Below, one piece after another: positions 12,930-26,036 of a stretch of DNA of 64,000 nt. Where the stretch lies: NCBI RefSeq assembly GCF_018350175.1, contig NC_058382.1, forward strand, positions 56,174,001 through 56,238,000, written 5' to 3'. A program made the position numbers and the translations under genes. Origin of the DNA: Felis catus (Eukaryota). Below the pieces are notes generated by a model. That model did no database searches. It was not told the origin of the DNA and saw only the letters and a list, made by a program, of their open reading frames with translations. Within the stretch, counting starts at the first letter, position 1. Each line of letters begins with the position of its first letter.

Positions 12930-13262
12930 TCTGCCTAAGGTTTTTGATGGTTTGATGAGTGGCCACTTCCCTAACTGATGGGCATCGAGGTTGCATCTAG
13001 TTTTTCACTCTTATAAGTGTTGCAAAAATGACGTCTTCACACAGACCCATTGAATGTAGGATTGAATTCTAGAAATGGTATCACTGCATTGAAGATGGGC
13101 TCATTTAAAATTTTGACAGATACTACCAAATTGCCTTCCCAAAGGTCTTACCAATTCATCCTGCCACTGAGAGCGTTTAAAAGTGTTCTTGTCCCCACAA
13201 CCTCACCAGCTCTGGAAACTATCAACATGGAATATTGTTATTTTCATTTGCATTCATCATAA
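12930..13262 (-). mobile_element. Old L1 (L1ME-like) fragment
   Basis: CTGATGGGCATCGAGGTTG...TTTGACAGATACTACCAAATTGCC...CCCACAACCTCACCAGC, reverse of L1 ORF2 C-terminal region. Confidence 0.75.
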
Positions 13263-13536
13263 TACCTTGTCTTGAGAATTAGGTGTTTCCTACATAAATA
13301 AAAACTGTCCAAGAGGAGAGTTTTACAGGTCCTTTAAAAACTCCTCAGGTTTCAGTAATTCACAGATTTGAATGGTCGAACTCCTTTATTATTTTTTAAA
13401 TCCTGAAGTAATGGAAGATTTATAAAGAGCTTACACTTTTTATTATATCTGACATTTACTTGGAAATCACTGGAATGGTTGGTGATTGGGATGAACACTG
13501 TGTTACTCAGATTAACTGAAACCCTTTGTCTTCTCT

Positions 13537-13762
13537 TTTTTTTTTTTTTAACTTTTTATGTTTATTCGTTTTTGAAAGACAGAGACAGACAGAGCACAAG
13601 CAGGGGTGGGGCAGAGAGAGAGCGGGACACAGAATCCAAAGCAGGCTCCAGGCTCTGAGCTGTCAGCACTGAGCCGGATATGGGGCTCAAACTCACAGAC
13701 CATGAGATCATGACCTGAGCTGAAGTTGGATGTTTAACCGACTGAGCCACCCAGGCATCCCC
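13537..13762 (-). mobile_element. CAN-SINE (SINEC_Fc)
   Basis: Full reverse SINEC; TSD-like CCCTTTGTCTTCT on both sides. Confidence 0.95.
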
Positions 13763-13842
13763 TTTGTCTTCTTCTCTTGTATCCACTCTTCTATTTATTA
13801 ATCAAACCTCTCTATGTTTTTCATTTATTTGATTTTTGTTTT

Positions 13843-13896
13843 CAAAGTTTTATTTATTTATTTTGAGAGAGACAAATAGTGTGAGTAGGAGAGGGG

Positions 13897-13929
<33 letters not shown>

Positions 13930-14056
13930 TCCCAAGCAGGCTCCACGCTGTCAGCGCAGAGCCTGATATGGGGCTCGAACCCACGAACCATGAGAACATG
14001 ATCTGAGCCAAAACCAAGAGTCGGACTCTTAATGGACTGAACCACCCAGGTGCCCC
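13843..14056 (-). mobile_element. CAN-SINE (SINEC_Fc2-like)
   Basis: GAATCCCAAGCAGGCTCCACGCTGTCAG...AAAACCAAGAGTCGGAC..CCCAGGTGCCCC. Confidence 0.95.
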
Positions 14057-14314
14057 TAAAGCCTCTATTTTTCTGACATTGGAATGCAAAGAGTTCTCTC
14101 ACAATATTGGTCTGGGTTAAATTTTACCAAAATAGATAGCATCATGTTTGATCAGTGCTTGCAAGGCACTTGCTCTCTCAGAGATTTCTGAGCTTTAGTG
14201 GTATGGATGGTGTTCATTATGCATTTTTGGAACCATCGTGTGTATTTTTACAATTATTGGATCACCTTCAAGAAATGTTTATGTTATAATTTGAATCAGG
14301 TTGACGCTATGTTT

Positions 14315-14575
14315 CCAACCATTTTCCTGAAGTATACATAAAGTGTAGAAGTCACAAATCTGCAGCTAGATGAGTGTTTACAAACAGAACACACACATGT
14401 AACCAGAACCCAGAGGAATAGCAGGGCCAGCCCCTGGAAGCCCCTGTGCCCTCCCAGCCACTGTTCCAGAAGGCTAACAGTCTTCTGACTGTCAACAGTA
14501 TGGATTAGTTTGCCTGTTCGGAACTTGATGTAAATGTAGTCATACAGCATTCTGTCTTTTGTATCTGGCTGGCAC
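14315..14575 (-). mobile_element. L1ME-like 3' end fragment
   Basis: CAAACAGAACACACACATGTAACCAG...CTGACTGTCAACAGTATGGATTAGTTTGCCTGTT..GTATCTGGCT. Confidence 0.75.
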
Positions 14576-15933
14576 CCTATCTTTTTAAATACTGTAATAG
14601 CTCGATAGCTAACATTTAACACACGCCAGGCACTTGGTGAGCACTTTATATGCATTGTATTAAACACAGGTGTGTTAAATATGAGTCACATTTGGGTGTT
14701 TTCCATTTTGAAGTGGCTCTATAGCTGGTACAGGGGATGTCACAGATATGGATTTCCTTCTCACACGTCCATTGTATGTACTTTTTAACAAATAATTTAT
14801 TAAAATTAGGAAACTCTTCAGAGCCATAGTTTCACAAAGAGCTCCCCAACTACTCTCTTTGCGGGTAGGAGTTTGTAATTATCCTTTAATAAACATGTAA
14901 CTGTGTTCTTAGGATTCTGAGCAGTTATGCCATCAAATATATCATTTTCAATTGAGTACTTAAAGTTAATGCTATGGAGCTTTGGAGATGCCTACATAAA
15001 TCAATGTCCAAATTCACCCTAGGTAAGAAGGGCAGTGAGGATAAAACACCCCCCCCCTTCCATTTCCTTTTCAGGAAATGATGACCTATCAGGGAGGACA
15101 TAAATCACTCCTGTTCCCAAATTAGATTAAAATTTTGTGGCTTAAAGCTTGCCTTTACCTGAAGCCTATATAATATTAGGCCTCTGGCTTTGTCGTTCCC
15201 CCCCAGATACAATTCTTGCTGGTTCTCAGAAAACAGTTCTGTGTCTATTAACAAAGAGGCTGAATGCTCTACCAAAGAGAATTCCAAACAAAGAAGGCCT
15301 CATTTGCTCCTCTGAAAGGTCCCCTGGGGAATAATCTTAGATTCTTGTGATTAGGTAATTATCCATGTGATTCTGCCTGGGAAACCTGTTTCTGGCTCGC
15401 TTATACTTAGGTTGTCCTCGCCTCCTGCGCTAGAAGGGGTACCTAGCCTCATTTATCTCACTCCCCCCATAGCATCTTCTCATGATGTAATTGAAGGTAA
15501 CTAGAAAATCATATTAATAATCTGCTTTGAAACCATGTCTAATAACAAAAGAAAAGAAAACAAAAGAAAAAAAATGGTTGTAGTCTTTGGTAAATGTGGA
15601 GAATTCGACTTTCCAGTGCTAAACACAGACATCTGCTCTGGGAAAGATTGGAACATGCACTCCACCTTCCACCTTGCAAAATGCCTCAGTGGTTCAGCCC
15701 TTGATGCTCTGGGCATGAACCGAAATCAGGCAGTCTGGTGAACAATGTGGACACGACAACTGGATATCAAGGGTTTCTTTGGTTGTGGGAGTTAAGGTGC
15801 CTTAGAAGTTCCGTGGGACAGGGGGCTGTCCTCCACCTGCTCTACACCTAGCGTGGAGTCTGGCCATGAGTGGATGTTCAGACAATGTCTGCTGAATATA
15901 AAGAGTCCGCGGTGCAGGCTGCTGCCACATGCT

Positions 15934-16151
15934 TTCTTCTTTTTTTTTTTTTAATGTTTATTTTTGACACAGAGAGAGACAGAGCATGAGAGGGACAGGG
16001 GCAGAGAGAGAGGGAGACACAGAATCCAAAGCAGGCTCCAGACTCTGAGCTGTCAGCACAGAGCCCGACGCAGGGCTCGACCTCCCAGACCGCGAGGTCA
16101 TGACCTGAGCCGAAGTTGGACGCTCAACAGACTGAGCCACCCAGGCGCCCC
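15934..16151 (-). mobile_element. CAN-SINE (SINEC_Fc)
   Basis: CpG-rich full copy; TGCCACAT repeated on both flanks. Confidence 0.95.
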
Positions 16152-16170
16152 TTGCCACATTCTGTGCTTA

Positions 16171-16172
<2 letters not shown>

Positions 16173-16234
<62 letters not shown>
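16173..16234. repeat. (TA)31 microsatellite
   Basis: Perfect uninterrupted TA run. Confidence 0.98.
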
Positions 16235-16238
<4 letters not shown>

Positions 16239-16363
16239 GTCATTTCAGTCAGTGAGAAGGATGTTGCTGCTTTGCATGAGGACAGACATGTGGGTTCACC
16301 AGTTGAAGGAAGGAAGTCATTCTAGATTAGTGGTCAAGAGCATAGGTCATATAAGTGGAGGCA

Positions 16364-16507
16364 AATAATGCTACAATTCTTTTAGTGTATTTCTTGGCAT
16401 GAGTATGTCTCATGTACTATTTGGGACATACTTATACTAAAAAAAGTATTTATTTATCTGAAATTCAAATTTAACCTAACTGGACATCTTTTTTTTTAAC
16501 AACCCCA
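16364..16507. mobile_element. MER53-like palindromic hAT MITE, partial
   Basis: GAGTATGTCTCATGTACTATTTGGGACATACTTATACTAAAAAA...TATCTGAAATTCAAATTTAAC matches the MER53 centre and one arm. Confidence 0.75.
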
Positions 16508-17451
16508 ATTCAGTTCTGCCTGCCCCATTTTTATAATGTTATTTTTTGGGCAGTAATTCCTAAAGAGGTGAAGAGATCATTTTCCAAGAGTCTTGTGGGT
16601 TTGGCTCTTTCTAGCTGATCTATAAGGGAAAATCTTAACTTTTTCCATAAACTTCTCCATTAAAATAGAGGATAACTCCGTTGTTAAGAATTGATGGGCT
16701 TCCCAAGACAACACTTACAGGCAGAGCAAAAACTATCATGCAAACACTGATCAAGTGAGATCAAGATTGTGTGCGTGACCTTTACTGAAATACAGTTCTA
16801 CATGGGATCATGTCTGCTGGAGGAAGGTTTCTGTTGGCAGGCCCAGCATTTGTCCCTCAGCGAAGACCTTTACATTTATCACTGGCATCAAGGAAGACAG
16901 GATGAGCAGAAATATTTGATGTATTGATGGCGTGTTTTTCTGGTTGATACTTCTGATAACAGATTCATGAATTAAAAATAATTTGGTAGACTGAAATGGT
17001 AGGCTGAATTATCAGCAATTAACATAATAGGAACAGTGGTTAGATTCCATACCTGGCTCCAAACAGTGAGCTGCACTTGGTAAATTTGTGGGGATCCGTG
17101 ACTTAGAATCATAAATAAAAGCAGGAGTTAGCATTCAAATTTACTTGTAAGGCCACTGTGTTGTCTTTGTGGTTTTCTTTTCTCTCTTTCTAAATACTAG
17201 GCCTTTGAGTGAGGAGGTTTTACGAGCTGTTAGCATGGCTGACTCAAATGATTCTAGAGGGATGTTTTCAGTTGTGTGGGAAAAGAGCTCACAACTATTT
17301 ATGTAAAGTCCATCTGGTGTCAAGGCCTGGGTGCTATTTGGATAAATGAAACACAACTATTTCCCAACATGCTTTCCTAGCACTGGGTGGTTAAGAAAAA
17401 AGTTAAAGTGACCCACATGGAAAACAACTCAGAACATTCTGAGTCTTGACC

Positions 17452-17631
17452 CAGTGCCTCTTCAGCTTGAGGTTATATCAGAATCACCTACAGGCTTCAC
17501 TTAAACAGTGAGCTCCCCTCTCAGAGTTTTTGACACAGAAGGTCAGGAATGGGGCCCAAGAACTTGCATTTCTAAAGACTTCTAACAATGGTGATGCTGC
17601 TGGTCCAGGATCTTACTTTGAGAACCACTGC
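17452..17631. mobile_element. MER5A-like hAT-Charlie relic
   Basis: ATCAGAATCACCT...GGGCCCAAGAACTTGCATTTCTAA...GATGCTGCTGGTCCAGG..CTTTGAGAACCACTG. Confidence 0.85.
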
Positions 17632-18370
17632 TGTAGACTGTGAAGTTCATATTAAAAAGTTCCTGCCCTAACTATGAAAGTCTGTGACCCTGACAAATAT
17701 TGGGGACAAAAATTGAGAATAGATAGCATTGATTCTACTTGTGTGTATTATCCACCCCAAAGGGGCAGACTTGTGAAGGTTTAGGGCAAGGATAGATGGG
17801 GATGGGGAGGTGTGGCCAATCCATTTGCCCCTTGGGTATCAAGTTCTCTGGATCTTCACTGATTCCCCTGAGAATTCGCCTTTGAAGTACATGGCAACAT
17901 AATGCCAAGAGAAGAGATGCTTCTTCATCAAGGCCTCTCTGCCATGACCTCAGCATGGCATTACCATAACCAAAATTGTGCCCATGATGGTGTTCAGATT
18001 CTTTCAAGGCATCATGTACCATTGAACAGGTGACAACCATGGGGGTTCTCAGTTCTGTTTTGTTAAGAAAATAAAAATAATAAGTGGCTTTAAACTAATT
18101 CTATAAATGCCTGTTCCCTGCTGATAGGGTGGCCACATACATTGTTCCATTGCTTTGTGGGGTTTTTTTTTGTTTTTTTTGTTTTGTTTTGTTTTTCCTG
18201 GAGTGGCTATAATACAAGCCATGATTCATGCAATGTGCCAGCCTCAGAGATATCAAGACCCATTTGCATAAATATCCACAATCATGTTTCTAAAGCTGTT
18301 TCCTTATTTCCCTTTGTTGCTGTTTTCCTTTTCATTGAGGTCAGTTGAAATAGTCTTTAATTGAGGCTTT

Positions 18371-18374
<4 letters not shown>

Positions 18375-18412
<38 letters not shown>
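18375..18412. repeat. (AC)19 microsatellite
   Basis: Perfect AC run. Confidence 0.98.
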
Positions 18413-18414
<2 letters not shown>

Positions 18415-18779
18415 TAATTGAATTATAAATTCCACGAGAACAGAATCAACACCTATTTTCTCAGAGAGCTATTTCTAACCCTAATGAAGTACCTTACATG
18501 TGGTAGCTATACAAAGTCTGTGACTGACTGAATGAATAAATATGTATATCTTTGCAAGCCAGTGATCTTGGAGGTTACCCATTGATCCTCTATGTGTTGT
18601 TATCTCTGAATGCACAGGAACTTTGTTCTTCCTGTGAACCAAATGCAGATCCTGAGTTAAGCCTTACTAACATTTACCTGTTCCCTTCTAAAGCTATTTT
18701 GTAGCAAAGACAGTATTTCGATTGTTTATAGATTTAACTTTGTATATTCATTGATTATATCTACCACATTTATTTTTAA

Positions 18780-19170
18780 AGGTTTTTAAATAGTTTATTA
18801 AAGTACAATTGCACAAAGGTAAATGATTTTAAAACACATAAAACACAATATGGAAAAAGAGTAGAGGGATATAATTTTTAACATTTAGTACCAAATTTGC
18901 TTTGAGTTTCCACATAACCGTGGGAAAAGATGGAAATGTGTTCCTTACATAGTTCTCATTGTTTGGATAAAGAAGAGAGAGAGAGAAGAAGATGCCACAT
19001 AATGGGAAGACACAATTTTTCCATTTGCGTATATGTCTGGGAGGAATGTATCTTAAGAGTCTTTATGGAAAAGAGCTCTTGAGTTATACAAGGAATAGCT
19101 TTTTCAACAGCTATTTTGCCAGAGGTATAAAAACTTTCTTCTCCTGGTTTACTTTGTATATCTTACCTCA
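18780..19170 (-). mobile_element. Possible L4 (RTE-X) LINE relic
   Basis: TTGCTTTGAGTTTCCACATAACC..AAAAGATGGAAA..TTACATAGTTCTCATTGTTTGGATAAAGAAG resembles remembered L4 consensus; similar sequence near 26630-26715. Confidence 0.4.
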
Positions 19171-19534
19171 GTAAAGACATGAAAAGGAATCCTGATAAGG
19201 TGAATGCATTCCCACAGAGAGCTAAGCTTCCTGGTGATCAGACTTGATTCAGGAAGAGCACTCAGTGAGCTGAGAGGATTAAATGATCAATGTTTCTTTT
19301 AGATTAGCCCTCTCAGATATCAATGATCACCAGCCTTAGAGGAGATAATGAGGCAATTTCAATATTGAGCATTCCAGAGTGTCTCAAGTATGGGAAGTCC
19401 GTGTGGTTAGGTTAGGAAGATGACTCAACGCCAACATAACATGGCCGGCCCCAGCACTGGCCCTCTCTCAGGACACGGCTGTCCAAGGCCCCGGTCCCTG
19501 GTCCAGTGGGAACACATGAGATGACTTTGTGTGT

Positions 19535-19736
19535 TTTTAAAAAAATTTTTAAATGTTTATTTTATGTATTTTGAGAGAAAGAGAGTGTGAAGAGGGTGAT
19601 GCAGAGATAAAGGGAGCTAAAGAGAGTGAATCCCATGCAGGCTCTGTACCATCAGCACAGAGTCCAAATGATGAGATCATGACCTGAGTTGAAATCAGGA
19701 GTAAGACGCTTAACCGCCTGAGCCATCCAGGCCCCC
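19535..19736 (-). mobile_element. CAN-SINE, older and internally deleted
   Basis: GAATCCCATGCAGGCTCTG...GAGATCATGACCTGAG..CCATCCAGGCCCCC; CTTTGTGTGT on both flanks. Confidence 0.9.
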
Positions 19737-20244
19737 TGGCTTTGTGTGTGTCTTAATCAAGGTTCCCAAGAAGAAGCAGAGATGTGAGTGCAGGTCCTTT
19801 CTTAAGGGGCTCAGGGGGCATCAGAAATGGATAGGAGACAGGAAAGACAGGCAGTGTAAGGTGCCATACTGAGCCATGGTAGATAACTAAAGATTAACCC
19901 CATAAGAAAACTCTAGAAATGAGGTAGACGGCATGCCTCCGAGTTGTTCCACCTGGGGAAAGAGGGAAAAAGAGTACTGATACATCAATTCTCTTTAGTT
20001 GACTGTACTTTAACTCAACCAGTTGAGAGCTACTCCCGTGAAAAGGGTGTTAATTCCAGAGCACTTCGCACAAGAGGGGCTTTAACATGCCGTACACACT
20101 GGCTAAGCAATCTTCTGTGGGTCTGAGGAAAGTCCTCAAACACAGAGCTACAGACCCTGCCATCAGAAGACTGGAGCACGGTGAAATGGAGTAGGGTCTG
20201 AGATAGTTGGCAAGACACTGGCAGCTTCTCTGGTGTAGAAGTCA

Positions 20245-20266
20245 TTTTAAACATTTTTATTTTATT

Positions 20267-20314
<48 letters not shown>

Positions 20315-20481
20315 CACGAGCGGGAGAGGGACAGAGAGAGAGGGAGACACAGAATCCGAAGCAGGCTCCAGGCTCTGAGCTGTCAGCACAGAGCCCGACA
20401 CGGGGCTCAAACTTGTGAAATGCGAGATCATGACGTGAGCCGAAGTCAGTTGCTTAACTGACTGAGCCACCCAGGCGCCCC
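20245..20481 (-). mobile_element. CAN-SINE (SINEC_Fc)
   Basis: Full copy with long (GA)n; TAGAAGTC on both flanks. Confidence 0.95.
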
Positions 20482-20916
20482 TAGAAGTCGCCTGTAGAAG
20501 AGAGTGATCGCAGTATTAAATAACTCCCGAGTGCTTCAGTTCTCTGTCAAATGAATGAGCAAATTTGCCTCTATCAGTTCTTTGCCTCAAGTAGAAAGAC
20601 TCACCATAGTCTCTGTGTATTTTTAACACCTCTCTGTGCTTGCTAATTATTTTTTTACTTATTTTTTTTTTTACGGAACAGAAAGTAAACTCAAGATCAT
20701 TATTTTTTGCAAGCACCATTATCTAGTTAGGGATGCCCTAACACTGTTTTGTTTCCGCTGGGATTTCTCCTTAAGCATACCTTCTATTTGTGTAAGACCA
20801 TGTTGCTTTTCTATGTACAGTAGTGATACGGTTTCCTTTTTAAATGAATGTATGTAAGTAAAAAAAAAAATAAAAGTCAATGTGCAGAAAAAAATTAATG
20901 ACATTAAAAATATATC

Positions 20917-21105
20917 TAGTGATGTGCTGGTATATGTTTGAAAACTGGCTCTCTGGGGAAGAAAAAATCCGTAATTTGTAGTGTTGGCCTATTTCTGGGG
21001 TGTAAATTACTCCCACTATGACTCAAGACAGAAATAGCTACCAACACACCACCAGATATACATATTTGGTTCTCACAAGCTGGGATTAGTGGGCCCCAGC
21101 ACATT
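20917..21105 (+). mobile_element. MER63-like hAT-Blackjack relic
   Basis: AGTGATGTGCTGGTATATGTTTGAAAACTGGCTCTCTGGGG ... CCAGCACA, inverted termini. Confidence 0.65.
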
Positions 21106-22554
21106 TCCAGGCACCACCCGGAGATACAGGCTCACAAAGTTCATGTGCCATTCACAAATCACTTCATGAGCGAAATGAAGGGCAGAACTCGTATTATCTT
21201 TCAAATGTTTAAAAAATTTGGTACTTAGGTGAGTCACAGGTGCACCAGCTGACAGAACAGTAATAATAACTCACGCGTGTTCTTAAACCACCGTTCAGGT
21301 GAGATCCTGGAGTACAGACTCTCAGGTACACGACTGATGATTTCACCCTATGAGAAGGAAAACATTCAGTGTTCCCAGACTCCTCCATCGCTGTTGTTGC
21401 CTTCTGGTTTCCTGCGGAATGGGTGTTATTAAGAAACATTTCCTTCCCTCTGGTTCCCGTGAACTACAATGTTTAGTCCCAGGTCCCTGAATGTCTGAAC
21501 TTAGTTTACCCATTTCTCAAGTTGTCTGTTACTTGCAGTGTTGATAACACGTATGAGCCTGTGGCTAATGCGGGTGTATTTCATTCCACTGTAGGTAGGA
21601 CGCTAAGCCTAACATTTGGGAATGAAGATCTCAGCAAAAACCCTACTTGAGACATATGTGTTGCCTTGAACAAATTACCCTCTTTTTTTATATATATACC
21701 TGTAAAATGAAGGTGGTAAAATTAACAACCAACTTATGAAGTCGTCATGAAGCTAGAGTGAGCAGCTGAACATCACTGCTTGTGTAATGGTAAAGATGGG
21801 TACAAACCTTAACGGTTCTAACTGTGGTTATTTGCCTTATTACTCTTTACCCCACAGATCCCTGTGGGTTTTGTAATCGGTTTAGTGCACTGTTCTAGTT
21901 TCTTTGTTTTGTTTTGTTTTTTAATTCCAGATTTGACTCAGGTGAGGTTGGCATAGCACCAGATCTTTCTGGCTTCCCTCACCTTAGCTGGCTCCTGCTT
22001 CACACATCTTTCAAGATGTTTGTAGAAAACTAATCAGCATCTATGTTTGTTTTCTAATTTTCTTTTGCTCACACATACCATGGCCACTTGATTAGCAATC
22101 AGCACTGTGTTGGCAGTTACATACAGGCCCCGCTCCTCCTAATCAGGGATGTAGGAAGCAAACGCTGGTGTTTAAAGGGAACCCTTTTTTGAGCTCTTGT
22201 CCCATGACTCCTAATTGTTGTAGTTCTCAAACTCAACCCAGCTGCACGCTTTATTAGGGAAACATTTATTCAGATAACAAGCCTTGGGTATGAAAGAGGA
22301 GTAATTATTTTGGAAATGCATTTGAATCGTTGTATGCCATAGTGCAACTCATGTTCCAAATGGAGAAGGTGCACATTCGGGCAGAAATGTTGCTTTGTAG
22401 ATGGACAATACCGCAAGCATGTGACTGGGAGTTGCTGGCAAATGATAGAAAAATGGACAAATGAAAAGACGCCAGCAAAATAAGAGGTAAAAAGCGATCG
22501 AAACTCTGAAAACTGACCAACATGAATGAAATGCCTAAATTTCATTCATGAACT

Positions 22555-22672
22555 CTTTCCTTCTTTCTCTCTCTCTTCTGTTCTTGCTGTCTCTTTGTTT
22601 CTTTCTTCCTTCCTTCCTTTTTCCCTCCCTCTCACTTGCCTTGACTTGCCTTGCCTTGCCTTGCCTTCCTTC
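22555..22672. repeat. Polypyrimidine low-complexity tract with (CTTGC)n
   Basis: CT-rich run with CTTGCCTTGACTTGCCTTGCCTTGCCTTGCC. Confidence 0.8.
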
Positions 22673-23359
22673 TCTATCAAATATTTTTGAGCTCCTATCA
22701 TAAACCTTGCTCTCAAAGAGCTTGCTGGGAAAGAGGCAATGAAAATATGTAACTGCTGTCACCTGGGATCTCCCATCTTATGAAACGTAAACAACATAGG
22801 GCCAAACCTCCATTCCATGCCTTGCAAATGTTTAGTGATGTCTACAAACTTTGGGGATTTCATGGAGCTCACATGTCATTGGTCACCCTGGCTCCAAGAC
22901 CATGCTTCTGCTTATTTAGTTTTTTTGCCTTATTGTTTTGTTCACATTCCACAATCCACATGTAGAAAATGGCCCCTCCTTTTTTTTCCACAAAAAATTC
23001 ACATAAAGTGTTGTGTGGGTAGCACACTTTACTGAAATTCTGGGAAGTTGCATTTAGAGGTTGTATCAACTCCGAGTGGAATATTAAACATGACTATTCT
23101 TAAATCTTCTTCAGGCATCAGGCACATGTTCTTTGGCTGTCTACATCCAGTTCTGATTTCTCACCTCCCACAGTTGTCTTGTCCTGCCTCCCTTCATATC
23201 TCTTTTCTTTAGTTTTCTATCCTCAATGCTGGGCCTGCTCTGTGCTATGAGTCTGTTCTCAGGTCCTGATCTTTCACTAGGGTCCAATTGTGACTACTTA
23301 TATGCAGACCCAAGATGTTGTCCAGAATGAAAGACCTTGTTAAATTTAAGAAGAACTTC

Positions 23360-23820
23360 CCTTAGTGGTAATTTAAGTTCTTTACATATTCTGAATTTAA
23401 GTCTTTGATAAATGTGTGTATTCCAAATCTCTGCTTGTCTTTAACTTTCTTATTGGTATCTTTTGATAAACAGATATTCTATATTTTAATGAAGAACAAT
23501 TAATATTTGCATGCCCCAAGGTCACAAACATTCTCTACTATGCCTTTTAAAAACTTGATTTCTTTAATTTCCATTATGGATTTTCATGACAAATTAATGT
23601 TGTGTTTGGTATGAAGGATCAAGAATTACTATTTTTTCTAATCTCTCCATCACCATTTACTGAGAAGACAATCCTTTCCCCCACTGAGTCGCAATGACCT
23701 CTTTGTCGTAAATTGAATGGCTACATATGTGTGCTCTATTTTGGCACTATGTTCTGTTCTTTTGGCTTTTATATTCATCTTTGTGCCAATACAAGGATGG
23801 TAATTTTTCATCATTTTCCT
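23360..23820 (-). mobile_element. Old L1 ORF2 fragment
   Basis: TTCTTTACATATTCTG...CACCATTTACTGAGAAGACAATCCTTTCCCCCACTGA...CTTTGTGCCAATAC. Confidence 0.8.
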
Positions 23821-25849
23821 GTTCACATAGGCATTTAAAATATCCTGTGATAAGTACTCTGAGTAGAAGTACAGACTATAATACATGCCAGAGGACCTAA
23901 CCTAAAGAGATCAGAAATGCCTTTCCCAGTAGATGTCATTTAGGCTGAGAAGCGCTTTACAGGCGTGCACTCCGGGACATGCCCACTCAGCTGTCACCTC
24001 ACTTCATGATGGGTGCACTGACTTGGTTGATGTGAACCACGTTGTGTATGCACTGGCCTGAAATAATAATGCCAATAAAACAAGGAAGATACTCAAGTGG
24101 AGGTAGAATAGCTTCACTGTAGATATGTGACCCTGAAGCTCAAATAGAATAAATGATTTCCCCAAGGTCATAGAGCTGATGAGTTCTGATACCTTGTTTG
24201 GGACTCCTGTTTCCCAGTAGATCATGATATCGCATGACCTCCGATTTCCGACATCCAAGGTCCCTGGACTAGAATGTGGTGAACCCTATGTTTGCACTCA
24301 GTTCTGCTTTGCTCTAAGACTATGCTTTATCCAGTATCCTTGATTGCCTCCCTGGAAGAGCTGAATTATTTGTATGCCTCAAAAAGAATGAGCTAATTGA
24401 TTCTCATTTTAATATAGTAGCTCTGCCCTAACCCTATCAATATGTATCCAAAAAATCTTATGGTGCATGACTAATTGCACTTTTGAATTATATACATTTA
24501 ATTACATATTTGATTTGATAGTTTAGCATTTAGAATTATTGACATTTCCTACTTACCTATCTTCTGTTCTTGCATCCTAATTGTCTTTGTTACAGATTCC
24601 TTTCTTATGCATAGAAAAGAAATATAGGCATGATTTCTTCTTTCCATATGTGGGTATTATATACTGCTTTAGCAGCATGAGTCAGATATGATAGTATGGA
24701 ACAGATAGGTCCTCATAATGTACTCTTTGTAAGATGGATCTCCTTAAGTATAATTATGTTGTAACGATGGAAATGTCTGTGAAAAATTTTGTCTTTTAGT
24801 ATATAAAACTAACTATCCAGTAGTGAAAGTTTATATGACTTAAATGGAAGAAGAATTCATGGGGGGGAAAAAAAAGTTTAATTAGCATAAGACTTTGAAA
24901 ATCCTTTCTGGGTAAAATAGTTCCTTCCTTCTGTTTGAGGCTCTGACTGATGGCTTCACTGTTACGAGACAATGTATGCTTGACACAGTATCTGTGGATA
25001 AAACCACCGGCTTCTATCAAGTCGATCAAATATTTATTGAGCACTTATTATGTCCAGAACACTTTGGGGAACAAGAAATATAAGCCTACCCTTGCCCTTA
25101 AGGATATATCAATTGAGATACAATTTAGACCGCTGCAATCAATTACACAGATGTCTCAAAATTCAGTCTCTAGATGTTTGGTGTAAACAAGACAAAATGT
25201 TCTGATAATGAACCTAGTTTCCTTTGTCATGTGACTTGGCCTCCCGCATCCTTGAAATAATCTCACATTTTTCTGCAAGTATCACCCTCGACCGATTCCG
25301 CAATCTGTTGAGAAAGAAAGTTCTGGAAATATTGTCAGGCTCTGCGTCTTATTCAGGCCTTGCTTCCACTTCTGTGAAGGCGCTTAAATAGCCCTTTATC
25401 AACTCAGACCCCTCGAGATTGAGTATTTAATTTCTCTTCATCTGCAGCCTTAGGAAATAACCCAATTCATTACTTAGCCATTACTTAATTCATTACTGTC
25501 ATTAGAGATCAGGAGAAACATCTTACCAGGGCTGAGAGTGCATGACAGACCTCAGCTCTCTTTGTCCAGCACGACGAAAAGGCTATGGAAGGGCCCTAAT
25601 TTGAAAGTCCAGTTATGGGGTTGGATTTTATTACACTCAGCAGTGCCGAGCCTTTGCTGGATGATTCACAGAGGCATGGCCTAACCTGATAGAAGAAGTT
25701 TGCTGCCCAAAGTGTTCGCCAGTACTTTGTGTCCTCAGGGAGTGTTAGACTCCCTGAGATTGCCGATCTCTTAACAGGACAGAACAAATGGACAGAAGAG
25801 TGTGTCAAGAGGTCAACGCACAAGGGAGCTGCTTTCTGTAGGTTGGGGT

Positions 25850-26036
25850 GAGCATGGGGACTTTCTTCCCAGGGGACATTTGACGATGTCCGGAGATAAT
25901 ACTTGTCATAGTGGAGAAGGAGAATGCTTTTGGGACCTAAGGGGCAATGGTCAGGGATGCTAATCCTATATTGTACAGGACAGTCCCTCAACAGAATTAT
26001 CTGGCCCACAATGTGAACGTTTCTTGAGAAACCCTG
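25850..26036 (+). mobile_element. MER20-like hAT relic
   Basis: CCCAGGGGACATTTGACGATGTCCGGAGA...CAGGGATGCT...AGAATTATCTGGCCCACAATGT..TTGAGAAACCCTG. Confidence 0.85.
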
